Below are positions 46,223 through 56,053 of a stretch of DNA of 64,000 nucleotides, in pieces (position 1 is the stretch's first letter; each line of letters opens with the position of its first letter). The position numbers and the translations under genes were made by a program. The notes under the pieces were generated by a model. It searched no databases and was not told the DNA's origin. It worked only from the letters and a program-made list of their open reading frames with translations. The DNA comes from Capsulimonadaceae bacterium (GTDB lineage: Bacteria > Armatimonadota > Armatimonadia > Armatimonadales > Capsulimonadaceae), in NCBI GenBank assembly GCA_965215505.1, contig OZ244065.1, forward strand, positions 2,880,001 through 2,944,000. The letters run 5' to 3'.

Positions 46223-47315
46223 TCGGGAACGTCCACGTCTGGGAGGCTTCGGCCCGCAGGAGCAGGGTTTTTGCGGTCGCGTCTTTGGCGAGGGGGAAGA
46301 CGACCCGAAACGTATACTCTTCCCCCTGCTTGAAGTCGTGTTCCGGCTTCTCGCGGCTCTTTGCCTTCAGGAAGGCCACGTCCTTGTCGGTTTCGCCGTC
46401 CGAATCCGTGATGGAACACGGCGCGGGGTCCCCGGCCGTGAAGTCGTTCATGGTCTGCGTCGCGGCAATCAAGCTCTTCACCGTGATCGTCGCCACGGCA
46501 TACTTCTTTCCGTCTTCGGGGGCTTCCCGGTTCGGGAGCGCGCCGGTGTCATAGCTGAGGCTGTCCAGCCGGAGCGCGAAGTGGCCCGACGGCAGGAAGA
46601 CGCCGGCTGCCCCTTTGCCGCTGCCCAGGGCGGTCGCGCCGGTGGGGTCCGACGGGTCCCGGACGTTGTCGGGCAGCGGGGCGATCACGTTCCTGGGGTC
46701 GCCGGCCTGGCCCGCCTCGGCCTCCGTCGCGCCGGCCACGAAGTAGCGCAGGACCTTCTCGCCGCTGTTCAGGCGGCCCTGGTTGACCATGATCTTGACG
46801 ATCCGCGCTTTGGCCGGGATGACCATGCTGTAGCGCAGGGGGTCGTGCCGCTCCGGCTGCCCCAGCCCCTGTCCGGGCCGCAGGGTCCAGCCCGCCTCTT
46901 TGTCGCTCGTACTCGCGAGGACCATGTCCGCGATGCTGTTCGGGTACAGCTCGCCCTGGGCATCCACCAGCGTGATGTAGGCGTCCGCATTGTAGTAACT
47001 GTCGGACGGCCTGGCGTTCTTGATCGCCACATCCAGCACCACCAGCTTCTTGTCCGCCTGGGCCGCACGCGTCTCATGGGCCGGAATCGGCTCGACGGTG
47101 TAGCGGGCGGACAGCACTTCAAAGTTGAACCCGTCCTTCAGGCTGTAAACGGTGCCGAACGCGGCATCGCCCCCCGCGATCTGCTTCTGCCCCTTCGACT
47201 GATTAGGCATGGGCGTGTGGGCAGGGCGCTTCGCCTTGGGCGGGGCGGCTAGGCACAGGGTCGCGGCGGAGAAGAGGACGAGGGAGAGGGCTACAGGGCG
47301 GGCTTGGCGGTGCAT
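46194..47315 (-). CDS. Secreted protein with two Ig-like (DUF4352-like) repeats
   Basis: Signal peptide; duplicated KKLVVLDVAIKN / KKYAVATITVKS modules. Confidence 0.6.
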   Translation of the reverse strand: MHRQARPVALSLVLFSAATLCLAAPPKAKRPAHTPMPNQSKGQKQIAGGDAAFGTVYSLKDGFNFEVLSARYTVEPIPAHETRAAQADKKLVVLDVAIKNARPSDSYYNADAYITLVDAQGELYPNSIADMVLASTSDKEAGWTLRPGQGLGQPERHDPLRYSMVIPAKARIVKIMVNQGRLNSGEKVLRYFVAGATEAEAGQAGDPRNVIAPLPDNVRDPSDPTGATALGSGKGAAGVFLPSGHFALRLDSLSYDTGALPNREAPEDGKKYAVATITVKSLIAATQTMNDFTAGDPAPCSITDSDGETDKDVAFLKAKSREKPEHDFKQGEEYTFRVVFPLAKDATAKTLLLRAEASQTWTFPITAALEGNG

Positions 47316-47379
47316 GGGTGATGGCTCCTTTGGTTGGCTAATGTTACCCGCCAGTCGAGGCTGGCTGGGACAAGCGAGT

Positions 47380-47532
47380 GCGGGTTAGGACGAGTGATTA
47401 AAATCACTCGCTCCGGTAGGATTTGTCCAAGGGACAAGGGGATGAAGCAACGCCGCCCTGCCCTTCTCCCTCTTCTGTCCCCTGGACAGGTCCAGTGGCA
47501 GTGAGTGATTTTAATCACTCATCCTAGCTCGC
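47380..47532. repeat. REPIN-like inverted-repeat element
   Basis: Palindromes CGAGTGATTAAAATCACTCG (47391-47410) and TGAGTGATTTTAATCACTCA (47502-47521) in inverted orientation with matching flanks. Confidence 0.7.
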
Positions 47533-47715
47533 TTTTGGCCTGCTCAAGTGCCGTGACAGACCCCGCGCAACGTCAGTTGGATGAAAAGACACCCGGCCGC
47601 CATCCTGCAAGATGTTCACGGCGGCGTTCGTGTCCCGTTCCAGCACCAGGCCGCATTCGGAACACCGATGGTGCCGCAGGGACAGCGTCTTCGGCGCGAA
47701 CCGACCGTACCAAAC
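47524..47715 (-). pseudogene. tnpB: IS200/IS605-family TnpB C-terminal fragment
   Basis: WYGR...PKTLSLRHHRCSECGLVLERDTNAAVNIL (Zn ribbon half plus RuvC-III DxNAAxNI). Confidence 0.82.
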
Positions 47716-47796
47716 GCGACGGTGAGGAGGCCAAAGGGGCAGAATGCCGTTGAGGTGGTAAAGGGGCACGATCTGTCGCGCCCTTTTTTATTCAGG

Positions 47797-48234
47797 CTAG
47801 CTGATCTCTATTTCGGGCAGTGCGCTACGGAGGGTCTTTCGTCCCACTTTGGAGATCTGAGTTTCGTCTAGGCCGATTTCTCGCAGGCCGGTCATGGAGC
47901 GGAGAGCAAGCAGAGACCCATCGGTGACCTGGCAGCCGTATAAGAAGAGGTAGTGAAGTGTGGTCATCCCACCCAGGGCTGCGATACCGGCGTCCGTCAC
48001 AGCGGTGTCGGACAGCTCAAGCCATTCGAGTTGAGGCAGTTCCCGGAGCGCCGACACCCCCTGATCAGTGAGGCCGGTGCCACCCATATAAAGTGTCTTA
48101 ATTGTCGGGTGCCCCAAGAGAGTCACTACTGCGGCGTCCCCAATCTCATGGTGATTAGAAAGATCTACCGAAATAGCCTCGCCGCCTTCCCACTCAATGC
48201 GGTGGTCGCCTGCCACTAAGTCTTCTAGACGCAT
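47797..48234 (-). CDS. Leucine-rich repeat protein
   Basis: Repeats of LxxLxLxxTxVTDxG; lower GC than flanks. Confidence 0.85.
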   Translation of the reverse strand: MRLEDLVAGDHRIEWEGGEAISVDLSNHHEIGDAAVVTLLGHPTIKTLYMGGTGLTDQGVSALRELPQLEWLELSDTAVTDAGIAALGGMTTLHYLFLYGCQVTDGSLLALRSMTGLREIGLDETQISKVGRKTLRSALPEIEIS

Positions 48235-48316
48235 GGTGTCCGTGTTCCTAATCAGTGTGAGGCAGAATTTCCCAGTTCAGATAGCCACAGGTTTCAACCT
48301 GTGGTGCCCTCTCGCC

Positions 48317-48496
48317 TTACGACAGACCAGCCTGCTGCTCGAACCATGTGGGCGAGCGCCCTAGGCAGTCGTAGTCATAAGCACGCCAGTGAAGCAGGGA
48401 GTTGTAGGGGTTGCGGCAGGTGTCCAGGGTATCCGTGAGAACGCGGGCCTGTGCTTTGGTGGGATAAAGCCGGTAGCGGAACGTCTGGTAAATCAT
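48317..48496 (-). pseudogene. tnpB: TnpB N-terminal fragment
   Basis: MIYQTFRYRLYPTKAQARVLTDTLDTCRNPYNSLL... (HTH_OrfB_IS605-like), truncated at 59 aa. Confidence 0.82.
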
Positions 48497-48729
48497 GGCC
48501 GCCTTCCCTAGCGAGCGTGTGAGGGGCAGGTAAACCCAGGACCACCTCAGTGACATATCCCGCCGTCGTGCATGGCAGGCCTTCTCCGTCAGGGCGACGA
48601 AAGCATTGATGCCCCAATGCCGAGGCTGGCAGTTTCGGAGAACCCGAAACCCCAATAGTGGCACTTCCCGCCGTGGTACAATGGCAGGCTTTCTTCGCCA
48701 AAGCGAACACATTAGCGCCCTAATGTGAG

Positions 48730-48804
48730 TGGTGGGTCGGTCGGGGCTCGAACCCGAAACCCTCTCATTAAAAGTAAGATGCTCTACCATTGAGCTACCG
48801 ACCC
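48730..48804 (-). tRNA. tRNA-Lys (anticodon UUU)
   Basis: GGGTCGGTAGCTCAATGGTAGAGCATCTTA-CTTTTAA-TGAGAGGGTTTCGGGTTCGAGCCCCGACCGACCCACCA; full cloverleaf with encoded CCA. Confidence 0.96.
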
Positions 48805-48812
48805 ACGCCAAC

Positions 48813-48841
48813 ATTGTACCCAGTAAGGCGACCAAAGTCAA
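48813..48841 (-). promoter_or_regulatory. Sigma70 promoter for tRNA-Lys
   Basis: TTGACT-17-TACAAT. Confidence 0.75.
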
Positions 48842-48943
48842 CCTTTTTAGTCAAAGAAGCGGCAGGAGACGGGGGCAACGAAGGCGAACTAAAAGGGCAA
48901 GAACAAGCATTACACAAGTATCACAAACGGAGGCACGAGACAC

Positions 48944-50410
48944 ATGGCGGATAAACCGAATTTCGGACTGACGGGGCTTGCGGTCATGGGGCAGAACCTG
49001 GCGCGGAACGTCGCGCACAAGGGGTTCCCCATTGCCGTCCACAACCGGACGACGGAGAAGACCGACAAGTTCATGCAGGAGCACGGCGGCGAGGGGGCTT
49101 TGGTCGGGTCGCAGAGCGTGGAGGAGTTCGTCGGCGCGCTCCAGTCGCCGCGCGCCATCATGATCATGGTCAAGGCGGGCCGGGCCGTGGACGACGTCAT
49201 CGCCGAGATCAAGCCGCTGCTGGCTAAGGGCGACCTGCTGATCGACGGCGGCAACTCGCTGTTCTCGGACACCGAGCGGCGCGTCACCGAACTGGCCCAG
49301 GACGGCATCCTGTTCCTCGGGACGGGCGTCTCGGGCGGCGAGGAGGGGGCGCTGAACGGGCCGAGCATCATGCCCGGCGGGAACGAGGCGGCTTACAAGA
49401 TCGTCGAGCCGATCTTCACCAAGATTGCCGCCCAGGTGGATGGGACGCCCTGCTGCACCTACATCGGCGACGGCGGGGCGGGCCACTACGTCAAGATGGT
49501 CCACAACGGCATCGAGTACGCCGACATGCAGCTCATCGCCGAGGCGTATGACCTGCTCAAGAACGGGGCCGGGCTGACCAACGACGAGCTGCACGCGGTC
49601 TTCACGCAGTGGAACGAGGGCGACCTGGACTCGTTCCTGATCGAGATCACCGCCCAGATCTTCGCCAAGAAGGACGACGACACCGGCGACTACCTGGTGG
49701 ATCGCGTCCTGGACCGGGCCGCCCAGAAGGGGACCGGCAAGTGGACCGTCCAGAGCGCCTTGGACCTCGGCATCCCCGTCACGGCGATCACCGAGGCCGT
49801 TTTTGCGCGCGGCCTGTCGTCGTTCAAAGAGCAGCGCGTGGCCGCCTCCAAGGTCCTCCCCGGCCCGACCGGCGGCAAGGTCGAGGGGGATCGGCAGGCC
49901 TTCATTGACGCCGTCCGGGACGCCCTCTATGCCTCCAAGGTTGTCGCCTACGCCCAGGGGTTCGACCAGATGCTTGCGGCGGCACACGAGCATGGCTGGC
50001 AGCTCCACCCCGGCGAGATCGCGACCATCTGGCGGGGGGGGTGCATCATCCGCGCCCGCTTCCTGGACCGGATCAAGGACGCCTATGACCAGAACCCAGA
50101 CCTCGCGAACCTGCTGCTGGCCCCCTACTTCACCGAGGCGGTCGCCAAGGGCCAGGACGGCTGGCGGCGGGTCGTCGGCGAGGCCGCGCGGCTCGGCATC
50201 CCCATCCCGGCCTTCTCGTCGGCCCTGGCCTACTACGACGGCTACCGCCGCGAGCGGCTGCCGGCGAACTTGATCCAGGCCCAGCGCGACCTGTTCGGCG
50301 CACACACCTACGAGCGGACCGACAAGCCCGGCGCGTTCCACTCGCAGTGGGCCGAGGAGAAGCAGGAGCCGAAGTCGGAAGAGCAGCACGGCGTCCAGAC
50401 GACGGAGTGA
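48944..50410 (+). CDS. gndA: NADP-dependent 6-phosphogluconate dehydrogenase
   Basis: [42 protein letters not shown]. Confidence 0.97.
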   Translation: MADKPNFGLTGLAVMGQNLARNVAHKGFPIAVHNRTTEKTDKFMQEHGGEGALVGSQSVEEFVGALQSPRAIMIMVKAGRAVDDVIAEIKPLLAKGDLLIDGGNSLFSDTERRVTELAQDGILFLGTGVSGGEEGALNGPSIMPGGNEAAYKIVEPIFTKIAAQVDGTPCCTYIGDGGAGHYVKMVHNGIEYADMQLIAEAYDLLKNGAGLTNDELHAVFTQWNEGDLDSFLIEITAQIFAKKDDDTGDYLVDRVLDRAAQKGTGKWTVQSALDLGIPVTAITEAVFARGLSSFKEQRVAASKVLPGPTGGKVEGDRQAFIDAVRDALYASKVVAYAQGFDQMLAAAHEHGWQLHPGEIATIWRGGCIIRARFLDRIKDAYDQNPDLANLLLAPYFTEAVAKGQDGWRRVVGEAARLGIPIPAFSSALAYYDGYRRERLPANLIQAQRDLFGAHTYERTDKPGAFHSQWAEEKQEPKSEEQHGVQTTE

Positions 50411-50441
50411 GCAGATGAAAGGGCGGCAGGGACGAACAAAG

Positions 50442-50467
50442 AGGGCGGGGACAAGCCCCGCCCCTAC
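50442..50467. repeat. GTAG-type REP
   Basis: GGGCGGGG-acaag-CCCCGCCCCTAC. Confidence 0.7.
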
Positions 50468-50485
50468 GCCACCGGGGATCATCTG

Positions 50486-51616
50486 ATGTCTGACCTCTCA
50501 CCCACTGCCCAAACTAGGCTCTCGTTTGAAGTCGCAGGCTTAGACGTTTCTGTGGGGCGTCGCGGCGAGTCCGCGATTGCCATGAATGACCACGGCCAGA
50601 TCGTCGGTGTCGCAGGGGAGCAGGCTTATCTCTGGGAGGCGGGCCGCATCCACTATTTAGAGGCTTTGCCTGGTACGCATTATCTGTCCCCACGCGCCAT
50701 CAATAATGCCGGTCAGATCGTTGGGGTCGCCTACCATCCGGACCTCGACGGTCGACGCGCGTTCCTTTGGGAGAAGGGCAAAACACACGACCTAGGAATG
50801 CCGCCGGACGAACTCTCCGAAGCATCGGACGTTAATGAGCGGGGGCAGGTCATCGGCAGGTCTTACCGGACGATTTTGAAGAACGAGGTGGAGAGGTGGA
50901 TAGACCTTTCCCACAATTTCCTCTGGAGCGAACGCGCCGGGTTCCAGAAGCTGGAAAAACCCGTGGATAATTTTGGTGACGGGCTATCCGCGATCAATGA
51001 CCGGGGCCAGATCACCGGCTCCTCCGGATTGCTGGGGATGGAGCAGAAGAAGGCAAAATTGGCTGCCCTTGCGCCCGACAAGAGGCCCTACGAGGGCAAC
51101 ATCCTCCCCGATGGAGCATTCATCTGGCAGGACGGAGTGACAACAAGCCTGGGTTTGGCGGAGGCGTGGAGCAGCAGTGGGACTGACATCAATAACCACG
51201 GTGAGATCATCGGGCGCATGTCGCTCTACCCTGACACGGACCATGTCGTCACATCCGGCGACATGGCGGAGATCAGGGACAGACTACGCCACTCGCACCA
51301 CTTCTTCCTGTGGAGGGATGGACAGGCCAATGATCTGGGCGAAACAGGCAATGACCATTCGGCGACGCGACCCGCGATCAACGATGCCGGCGATGCGATT
51401 TTCTCCTACATCGACCCTTCGCAGCCAAAAGCGGCCGACATGGGACGCCGCAGCATCCTTCACCAACACGGCGGGAGACACCGCTTGGAGAATTTCGCCG
51501 CCCACGATTCCGGCTGGCTTCTGTCCACAGCCGTTGACATCAACAACCGAGGCCAGATACTTGGGAACGGGTTCTACCAGGGGCGGGGGCGTGCATTCCT
51601 GCTCACGCCGAGCTGA
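50486..51616 (+). CDS. HAF-type repeat (beta-propeller) protein
   Basis: Repeated AINNxGQIVG...AFLW...DLG units; no evident signal peptide. Confidence 0.8.
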   Translation: MSDLSPTAQTRLSFEVAGLDVSVGRRGESAIAMNDHGQIVGVAGEQAYLWEAGRIHYLEALPGTHYLSPRAINNAGQIVGVAYHPDLDGRRAFLWEKGKTHDLGMPPDELSEASDVNERGQVIGRSYRTILKNEVERWIDLSHNFLWSERAGFQKLEKPVDNFGDGLSAINDRGQITGSSGLLGMEQKKAKLAALAPDKRPYEGNILPDGAFIWQDGVTTSLGLAEAWSSSGTDINNHGEIIGRMSLYPDTDHVVTSGDMAEIRDRLRHSHHFFLWRDGQANDLGETGNDHSATRPAINDAGDAIFSYIDPSQPKAADMGRRSILHQHGGRHRLENFAAHDSGWLLSTAVDINNRGQILGNGFYQGRGRAFLLTPS

Positions 51617-51674
51617 CTCATGCCGGCACGAGCCGCGCCCGCCTGTCGGCGGGAGCCACTAAAAGAGAGACTTT

Positions 51675-52760
51675 ATGTTTTCTGGCTTGATGTTTTCTAG
51701 ACGGGAGGCGTTCCTCAGATACCCTCTATTTATGGCACTGCCCGCGCTGATCGGTGCTTCTCTGCTCATGTCACCTGGGCAGACGCGGGGGCAGGTGCCG
51801 CCTGCCCCTTCGCAGACGGATAAACAGGCGGACAAAGACGCCGCGCTGGTGGCGGCGGTGGGCTGGCACGGGGTCAGGCAGGCGGAAGTTCTCATCGGGC
51901 AGGGGGCGAACGTCAATGCCCACACCGCACAGGGCGTCCCGATGCTGGAGGTGGCGGCCGGCGGCATTTTCCCCGAAGACCCGGAGTTTTTCAGGATATT
52001 GCTGGACAAAGGGGCCGACGTGAACGCGATGGACTCCCAGGGCCGGACGGCTCTGATGGTCGCGTCGGCGCGCGGCGACCTGGCGGAGACGCGAGCCTTG
52101 CTCGCCGACGGGGCGCGGGTGAACGCCAGGACCCGATGGCGTTGGACGGCCGTCGGGGCCGCAGCCGCCAACGGGTGGCCGGCCTTGGTCGCGTTCCTGC
52201 TGGACCACGGGGCGCGCGCGGAGGACGTCCAGGCGGTGGCCCCGCCCCCCGCCTTCCGCAACATGCAGAATGGCCTCATCACCTCCGCGCAGGAGTTCTT
52301 GAAGGCGGGGGGCGACATCAACGTGCTGGGGGCGAGCGGAGACACGGTGCTGATCGGCTCCGTGCAGCAAGGGAAAGAAGCGATTGTGCGTTTCCTGGTC
52401 GCGCATGGGGCCGATGTGAACGCCAGGAACGCACGGGGCGAAACCGCGCTCCTCTGTGCGGCCTGCACGGGGTCGGTCGGGACGGCGCGGTTCCTGCTGG
52501 ACCACGGCGCGCGGCCCAATGATCAGGATGACCGGGGCCGGACGGCCCTCATAGACGCGGCGGCCATGCCGATGGCGGGTTCGGCCTTCTACATCTCCGA
52601 CCGAGACTGGCCCGACATCGTGCGGCTGCTCCTGGGGCGCGGCGCGAACACGGGCCTCAAGGACAGTGCGGGCCGGACGGCTCTCGCCTATGCCGGGACT
52701 GATGCGGGGGATTACCGCAGGACGCAGATCGTCGCGGCACTGAAGAGAACGGCCCATTAG
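51675..52760 (+). CDS. Secreted ankyrin repeat protein
   Basis: GADVNA..GRTALMVAS, GETALLCAA repeats; start could be 51731. Confidence 0.88.
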   Translation: MFSGLMFSRREAFLRYPLFMALPALIGASLLMSPGQTRGQVPPAPSQTDKQADKDAALVAAVGWHGVRQAEVLIGQGANVNAHTAQGVPMLEVAAGGIFPEDPEFFRILLDKGADVNAMDSQGRTALMVASARGDLAETRALLADGARVNARTRWRWTAVGAAAANGWPALVAFLLDHGARAEDVQAVAPPPAFRNMQNGLITSAQEFLKAGGDINVLGASGDTVLIGSVQQGKEAIVRFLVAHGADVNARNARGETALLCAACTGSVGTARFLLDHGARPNDQDDRGRTALIDAAAMPMAGSAFYISDRDWPDIVRLLLGRGANTGLKDSAGRTALAYAGTDAGDYRRTQIVAALKRTAH

Positions 52761-52887
52761 TAGAGGAGATGCCCTGCTCCAAGAGAATCATCCGCTGGCG
52801 CAAGGACAACAGCGGCTGTTGCGGATTCTTGTTGATCAGCAGAGAACAGACTTCCAGCATCCCAGGGCGCAGAGGAAAGGCTGTGAC

Positions 52888-54543
52888 ATGTCACCGAAAA
52901 ACATCATCCTGATTGCCTCAGCCCTGCTGCTGACGGCCGTGGCACCACGCGTGGCCCCAGCCCAGACCGCCCCGGCGGGGTGGCAGTCGGCGGCGGTCGG
53001 CGACCGGTCCGTTTTTACGCCCCCGGACCTCGGCCCGTCCGAGTTCTACCAGATCACCGTGTACCCGCCTGCCGCGCTGGCCGGAGCGTCCCTCACCGAC
53101 TTCGTGAACGAGGCCGCCGGGCGCGAGGCCGCCGCCCTGGGCAAAGAGGCCGCCGCCCCGATCATCGCCAAAGCCAACAGCGCCAAGGCCGCCACCACAA
53201 CGCACACCTTCACGACGCCGCAGGGGCAGACGCGGGCCGCCGTCTTCACCGCCCTGTCTCTGGACGGGGAGAACGCCCGCGTCATTGAAATCGTGTTCTC
53301 AAACCTCGCTGTCCTCCGCCGCTACCAGCCGCAGCAGATGGCGGTGATCGCCGGCGTGCTGCGGCAGGAGAAGACCACCATGCCCCGGCGCGGGACGACA
53401 CCGGGCATGACGCCCGGCGGCCAGGTCGTGCCGGGCATTTACGCCGGGAACGCCGTCTACAGCGACACCGGCAAGATCGCCCGGCAGCGCCGGCTGTACC
53501 TGTTCCCCTCGGGCGAGTTCCAGATGTGCGACGCCGCAGGCAAGGAGGTCGAGTACGGGGCCGACACCTGTCGCTACGACCCGGTCACCGGCAAGATGGA
53601 CATCGGCACCATGTCCCTGAGCCTCTACAACAGCAGCCTCGGCCCGGACGATGCCTATTGCCTCTACGGGCGCGACCTGGATGGCAAGCCCTGTATCCGC
53701 GCCAGAGACAATCGCGGGTTCGAGTATCTGGTGACGACCCTGCGCTACGTCGGCCCGCCCGACCGGCCCCCGCCCCGTCAGCAGAAAGAAGCCAAAGCCG
53801 CCGCCGAGGCGGAGGCGGCCCGCTACAAGTTCGTGACGCCGCCCGGCAAGGGGGTCCAGGCGGCGCAGATCGCCGGCATCTTCCATGATTACAAGTTCCG
53901 GTACAACCTCGCCGCCACCGACGAGTCGTACCTGCTGCTCAAAGACGGCACGGTCCACGACGGCCTGCCCGTCCCATCGGACGAGCTGGACATGCCCCTG
54001 TCGCGCAGCCGCGAGCCGGAGAAGTGGGGGCACTGGCGGCGGCAGGGGGCTAAAATCCTCGTGTCGTGGCCGGACCAGCCCAACCACTTTACGGCGCTTG
54101 AGGGCGAGATGGCGTCCCCGGCCACGGCGGGCGAGCGGATGTCGGGGCGCTTCGGGACGGGCGAAACCAGCGGGTCAATGGTCACGGGCGGCTCCTATCG
54201 GCTGTGGGGCGTGACGTTCACTCCCGAAGGCCGCTTCCTGAAAGATAGTAGCGGCGGCGCGAGCGGCGGCAGCTTGGGGGCGACCACGAACGGCTTCAGC
54301 GCGGACACGGTGTACGACGATCAAGGTTCCGCCACGATCATCAGTGCGCCCGCCGTCGGCGGCGGGGTCACGCGCAAAAAGCCGTGGGGGCACCGGGGCG
54401 GAACCTACTCAGTGAGCGGTTACACCCTGACCCTGCACTATGATGACGGGCGGGTCGCCCGCCTGCCCTTCTTCTCCGCCTCGCCCAAGCACGACCAGAT
54501 CTATTTTGACGGGGCGACGCTGGGCCTGGATGCCGGGAAGTAG
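52888..54543 (+). CDS. Secreted hypothetical protein
   Basis: GGAAAGG RBS, signal MSPKNIILIASALLL...APA; beta-rich multi-domain sequence. Confidence 0.75.
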   Translation: MSPKNIILIASALLLTAVAPRVAPAQTAPAGWQSAAVGDRSVFTPPDLGPSEFYQITVYPPAALAGASLTDFVNEAAGREAAALGKEAAAPIIAKANSAKAATTTHTFTTPQGQTRAAVFTALSLDGENARVIEIVFSNLAVLRRYQPQQMAVIAGVLRQEKTTMPRRGTTPGMTPGGQVVPGIYAGNAVYSDTGKIARQRRLYLFPSGEFQMCDAAGKEVEYGADTCRYDPVTGKMDIGTMSLSLYNSSLGPDDAYCLYGRDLDGKPCIRARDNRGFEYLVTTLRYVGPPDRPPPRQQKEAKAAAEAEAARYKFVTPPGKGVQAAQIAGIFHDYKFRYNLAATDESYLLLKDGTVHDGLPVPSDELDMPLSRSREPEKWGHWRRQGAKILVSWPDQPNHFTALEGEMASPATAGERMSGRFGTGETSGSMVTGGSYRLWGVTFTPEGRFLKDSSGGASGGSLGATTNGFSADTVYDDQGSATIISAPAVGGGVTRKKPWGHRGGTYSVSGYTLTLHYDDGRVARLPFFSASPKHDQIYFDGATLGLDAGK

Positions 54544-54913
54544 TCTTTCATGGCTGTAAAAGAGCGGCAGTAACCTATAAGAAAAGGCTGTGACCGCGCG
54601 ACTGCTGATTGGGGTCTCTTTCTGAGTTCCCCCCTGCTCACCGGATGCGGCGGGGGCACCTCTATCAAAGAAACAGGCGAAGGCCGTGATCGAGACGGCG
54701 GCCTTCTTCGGATCAACACAGCCCTGAGCGCTCTAGACGCCGCGTTCCGGAAAAGCGGCCCGAGCATCCAGTTCAACGCCGCCGCGACTGGCGATACGGA
54801 GGGGACTGCGGACGGGCCGAACGGCATTAATATCATCCTCACCAGCATCAAACTGCTTTGAGCGATCCGGCGGCATAAAAATATATTTTGCCTGCCCGTA
54901 GGAATGCGAGTAT

Positions 54914-54929
54914 TGGCATGATTATTGCT
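54914..54929 (+). promoter_or_regulatory. Sigma54 -24/-12 promoter of the Flp/Tad operon
   Basis: TGGCATGATTATTGCT, 75 nt upstream of the first pilin ATG. Confidence 0.72.
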
Positions 54930-55003
54930 GTATAATGACTCGACAGCCAGAGCGGGACGCCCGCGACGGAAGGTAGCCTGACGGACTAGGATGCGCCACA
55001 CTC

Positions 55004-55219
55004 ATGGAAGAAACAACGACACTCGCCCCCGTACTCTCTTCTCTGCATTCCGCCCTTGCCCGACTCTGCCGCGCCTTCTGGCGGGAAGAGGACGGCGCAA
55101 CGCTCGTTGAGTATGTCCTCCTCATCGCTCTCATCGCCGCCGTCTGCGTGGGTGCCATCACCCTGCTCGGCACCAACGCCAATGCCAAGTTCGGCGCGGC
55201 CTCCGACATGCTCAAGTAG
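55004..55219 (+). CDS. flp: Flp family type IVb pilin
   Basis: EEDG|ATLVEYVLLIALIA Flp motif. Confidence 0.92.
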   Translation: MEETTTLAPVLSSLHSALARLCRAFWREEDGATLVEYVLLIALIAAVCVGAITLLGTNANAKFGAASDMLK

Positions 55220-55308
55220 CCCCCTTCAGGTAGTCCACCGCATCGTTCACCGCAAGTCTTCACACGGACGCGCCGGCCACGGAGGGCCGGTGTGGATCGG
55301 AACTAAGG

Positions 55309-55536
55309 ATGGAAACAGTCATGTTCACCGCTCTCGCCACCACATTTCACGCCTCCACACTCGGTCCCACGCTCCGCGCCGCCGTCCGCCGCTTCCTGCA
55401 TGACGAGGAGGGCGCGACTCTCGTCGAGTACGTCCTGCTGGTCGCGCTCATCGGGGCCGTTTGCGTCGCCGCCGTGACGCTGCTCGGCACGAACGCGAAC
55501 ACCAAACTGACGAACGCCGCCAACACCATTAAGTGA
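55309..55536 (+). CDS. flp: Flp family type IVb pilin (second copy)
   Basis: DEEG|ATLVEYVLLVALIG. Confidence 0.92.
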   Translation: METVMFTALATTFHASTLGPTLRAAVRRFLHDEEGATLVEYVLLVALIGAVCVAAVTLLGTNANTKLTNAANTIK

Positions 55537-55540
55537 CACC

Positions 55541-56053
55541 TTGATGATGCTGGCATTGGCGGTCCTGCTGACCCTCGCGGCCGTCTGCGACATCCGTTCC
55601 CACCGGATTCCCAATCCGCTGGTCCTCGCGGGCCTGGCCGTGGGACTGGCTTGGCACGGGTGGCACGGCGGCTGGCTGGGCCTGCTCCTGTCTTTGGAGG
55701 GCATGGGCGTCGCCGCGCCGGCCCTGCTGCCCTATGCCCTGGGGGGCCTGGGGGCCGGGGACGTCAAGCTGCTCGGCGCGGTCGGCGCGCTGATGGGGCC
55801 TGTCTTCCTGCTCTGGACACTGCCCGGCACTGTCCTGGCGGGCGGCCTGCTCGCCCTGGCCTGGGCCGCCCGGCGCGGCGTCCTACGGGAGACGGTCCAT
55901 AACACCCTGCTCGGCCTGCACCTGCTCGGGGCGGGGGCAGGCCTGGGCGCGCTCGCGTCCGCCTCACGGGCCGGCAAGATGCCGCTCGCCCCGGCCATCG
56001 CGCTGGGCGCGGTTTTTGCTTTCTTCCGGCTGCATGGGAGACTCCTGCCATGA
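55541..56053 (+). CDS. cpaA: A24 prepilin peptidase (CpaA/TadV)
   Basis: DIRSHRIPN, GAGDVKL, PLAPAI. Confidence 0.9.
   Translation: MMMLALAVLLTLAAVCDIRSHRIPNPLVLAGLAVGLAWHGWHGGWLGLLLSLEGMGVAAPALLPYALGGLGAGDVKLLGAVGALMGPVFLLWTLPGTVLAGGLLALAWAARRGVLRETVHNTLLGLHLLGAGAGLGALASASRAGKMPLAPAIALGAVFAFFRLHGRLLP

Noticed and set aside
48730-48760. tRNA-anchored integrative element
   Set aside because: No integrase and no duplicated tRNA 3' end found in the window
51617-52887. Integron attC sites between the accessory genes
   Set aside because: No RYYYAAC...GTTRRRY bounded hairpins and no integron integrase
54937-55003. c-di-GMP riboswitch in the flp leader
   Set aside because: Only GGGACGC and GGTAGCC fragments; the GAAA tetraloop, GCAAA junction and stems are missing
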